A DNA stretch of 64,000 bases from an uncultured Spirochaetota bacterium (GTDB taxonomy: Bacteria; Spirochaetota; UBA4802; UBA5550), in the NCBI GenBank assembly GCA_963827275.1, contig CAWHAA010000004.1, forward strand, positions 384,001-448,000, in the 5' to 3' direction. A model generated the notes under the pieces. The model was not told the origin of the DNA. It made no database searches and was given only the letters and a program-made list of their open reading frames with translations. Position numbers and translations under genes: made by a program. Each line of letters starts with the position of its first letter. Position 1 is the first letter of the stretch. This document shows, piece by piece, positions 62,903 to 64,000 of the stretch.

Positions 62903-63862
62903 CTACCAGGCGTTGAACCCGAACCCGGCTTCTCCGGCGATCGAGTGGAAATATGAACCGCTGGCATGGATATACATGTACCGCGCCTGGATGAAGATCG
63001 AGAACACGCCCCACGATTTTTGGTATCCGAAAAGGGCCTGCCCCGCGAAGTTGATGCCGGATGCTTTGCTGCCTCCGAATCCCGGAAATGAACCGGGCAC
63101 GTTCACTTCAAGGTACGTCGCGGCGGGTATGAGCGCAATGATGAAGCAGCCCCAGCTGTTTTTCATGGAGGGGAGGGCCCACATGAGCCCGCCTCCGGCG
63201 ATGTAGCCCGTCACTGAATATGAACCTCTCTTGAAAGAGAGATAGCCCCCTTCAAACCTGAGGCCGGGAATGCCGGGCTTCCGGCCGCCGGACGTGAAAT
63301 CAAGTCCCTGGTCGAGCGCGAAATATCCCGCGTACCCGTATAGCGTTGAGCCGCTGCTGGACCCGAGGTTGTAGTGAAAGGCTCCTGACAGGGAGATCCT
63401 TCCGCTGTTCCAGTGGTCGCCCGCCGGGGCCACGGCCCTGCGCTTCTCCGCTTCTTTCTCTTCGGGCACGGCAGGCTTTTCCGCTTCCTTTTCTTCCGGC
63501 TTCTGCTCTTCCTGCGTTTCCGGCTCCCTGATCGGCCGGGACCAGGTTCCATCCTTTTTCGCCTGCCCGGCGAGATAGTTTCTCCTGATGCTCTCCTCGT
63601 TGTACGGGAGGCCCAGTTTCTGGTAGAGCGCGATATCTTCGGTGTATGAACCGGTCGCGTAAATGTCGTCGATCTTGATCTTTTTGATACGGTAGGTGCC
63701 GTAGTAATTCGCGAGTACGATTGCGGCCTTGTCTTCACTGATGATTTTACCCGTCATGACCGACCCCTGGTACAGCATGATGGTGTCGGCCAGCAGGTCG
63801 GTGCCCGTGGTCAGCATGAGGCAGATTACGGCCGAGATGAGTAAGAAAACCTTGATTTTCAT
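62903..63862 (-). CDS. Putative outer-membrane beta-barrel protein with N-terminal domain and charged linker
   Basis: Signal peptide; DTI.L..G....GKII; C-terminal amphipathic strands ending GFNAW. Confidence 0.6.
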   Translation of the reverse strand: MKIKVFLLISAVICLMLTTGTDLLADTIMLYQGSVMTGKIISEDKAAIVLANYYGTYRIKKIKIDDIYATGSYTEDIALYQKLGLPYNEESIRRNYLAGQAKKDGTWSRPIREPETQEEQKPEEKEAEKPAVPEEKEAEKRRAVAPAGDHWNSGRISLSGAFHYNLGSSSGSTLYGYAGYFALDQGLDFTSGGRKPGIPGLRFEGGYLSFKRGSYSVTGYIAGGGLMWALPSMKNSWGCFIIALIPAATYLEVNVPGSFPGFGGSKASGINFAGQALFGYQKSWGVFSIFIQARYMYIHASGSYFHSIAGEAGFGFNAW

Positions 63863-63963
63863 TGCAGTCCACCGGTACATGATCTATGATTGCGACGCAT
63901 GTCTATACGTGCGTGGAATCGGGCGCCACGACGGGCTCTCCTTCCCCCGTGGTCTTACATCTA

Positions 63964-63992
63964 ATACTATCGAATTGCCCGAACTTTGTCAA
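63964..63992 (-). promoter_or_regulatory. Putative sigma70 promoter
   Basis: Minus strand TTGACA-17nt-TAGTAT upstream of the 63862 start. Confidence 0.55.
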
Positions 63993-64000
63993 AACAAAAA

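Overview
GC-rich chromosomal window from a spirochete, most likely related to Leptospirae. The evidence is tandem flaA genes followed by a long-form greA, cheX, a short tsf and many lipoproteins. The energy genes look anaerobe-like: rnfCDGEA, a divergent ATP-PFK/PPi-PFK pair and a BaiCD/DCR-like flavoenzyme. Core genes are tRNA-Leu(CAG), thyX, dnaE, panC, xth, rpsB-tsf-pyrH-frr-uppS-cdsA-dxr-rseP, HU and icd. An accessory surface-protein block (about 20.3-30.6 kb) holds an M30 peptidase lipoprotein, a ~1440-aa unknown lipoprotein, MORN, beta-barrel and Ig/propeller proteins. About 13 single-base frameshifts, nearly all in the first 26 kb, are probably sequencing errors. The most interesting signals are in non-coding DNA: three families of dispersed palindromic elements, a decayed RAYT-like HUH gene, an AT-rich DUF559 cassette between inverted repeats where rnfB would be expected, a perfect 12-bp palindrome plus structured leader before the giant lipoprotein, a three-way-junction RNA before HU, and an uncalled 56-aa zinc-ribbon ORF. 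All family calls are from motif recognition by eye; no database searches were run.
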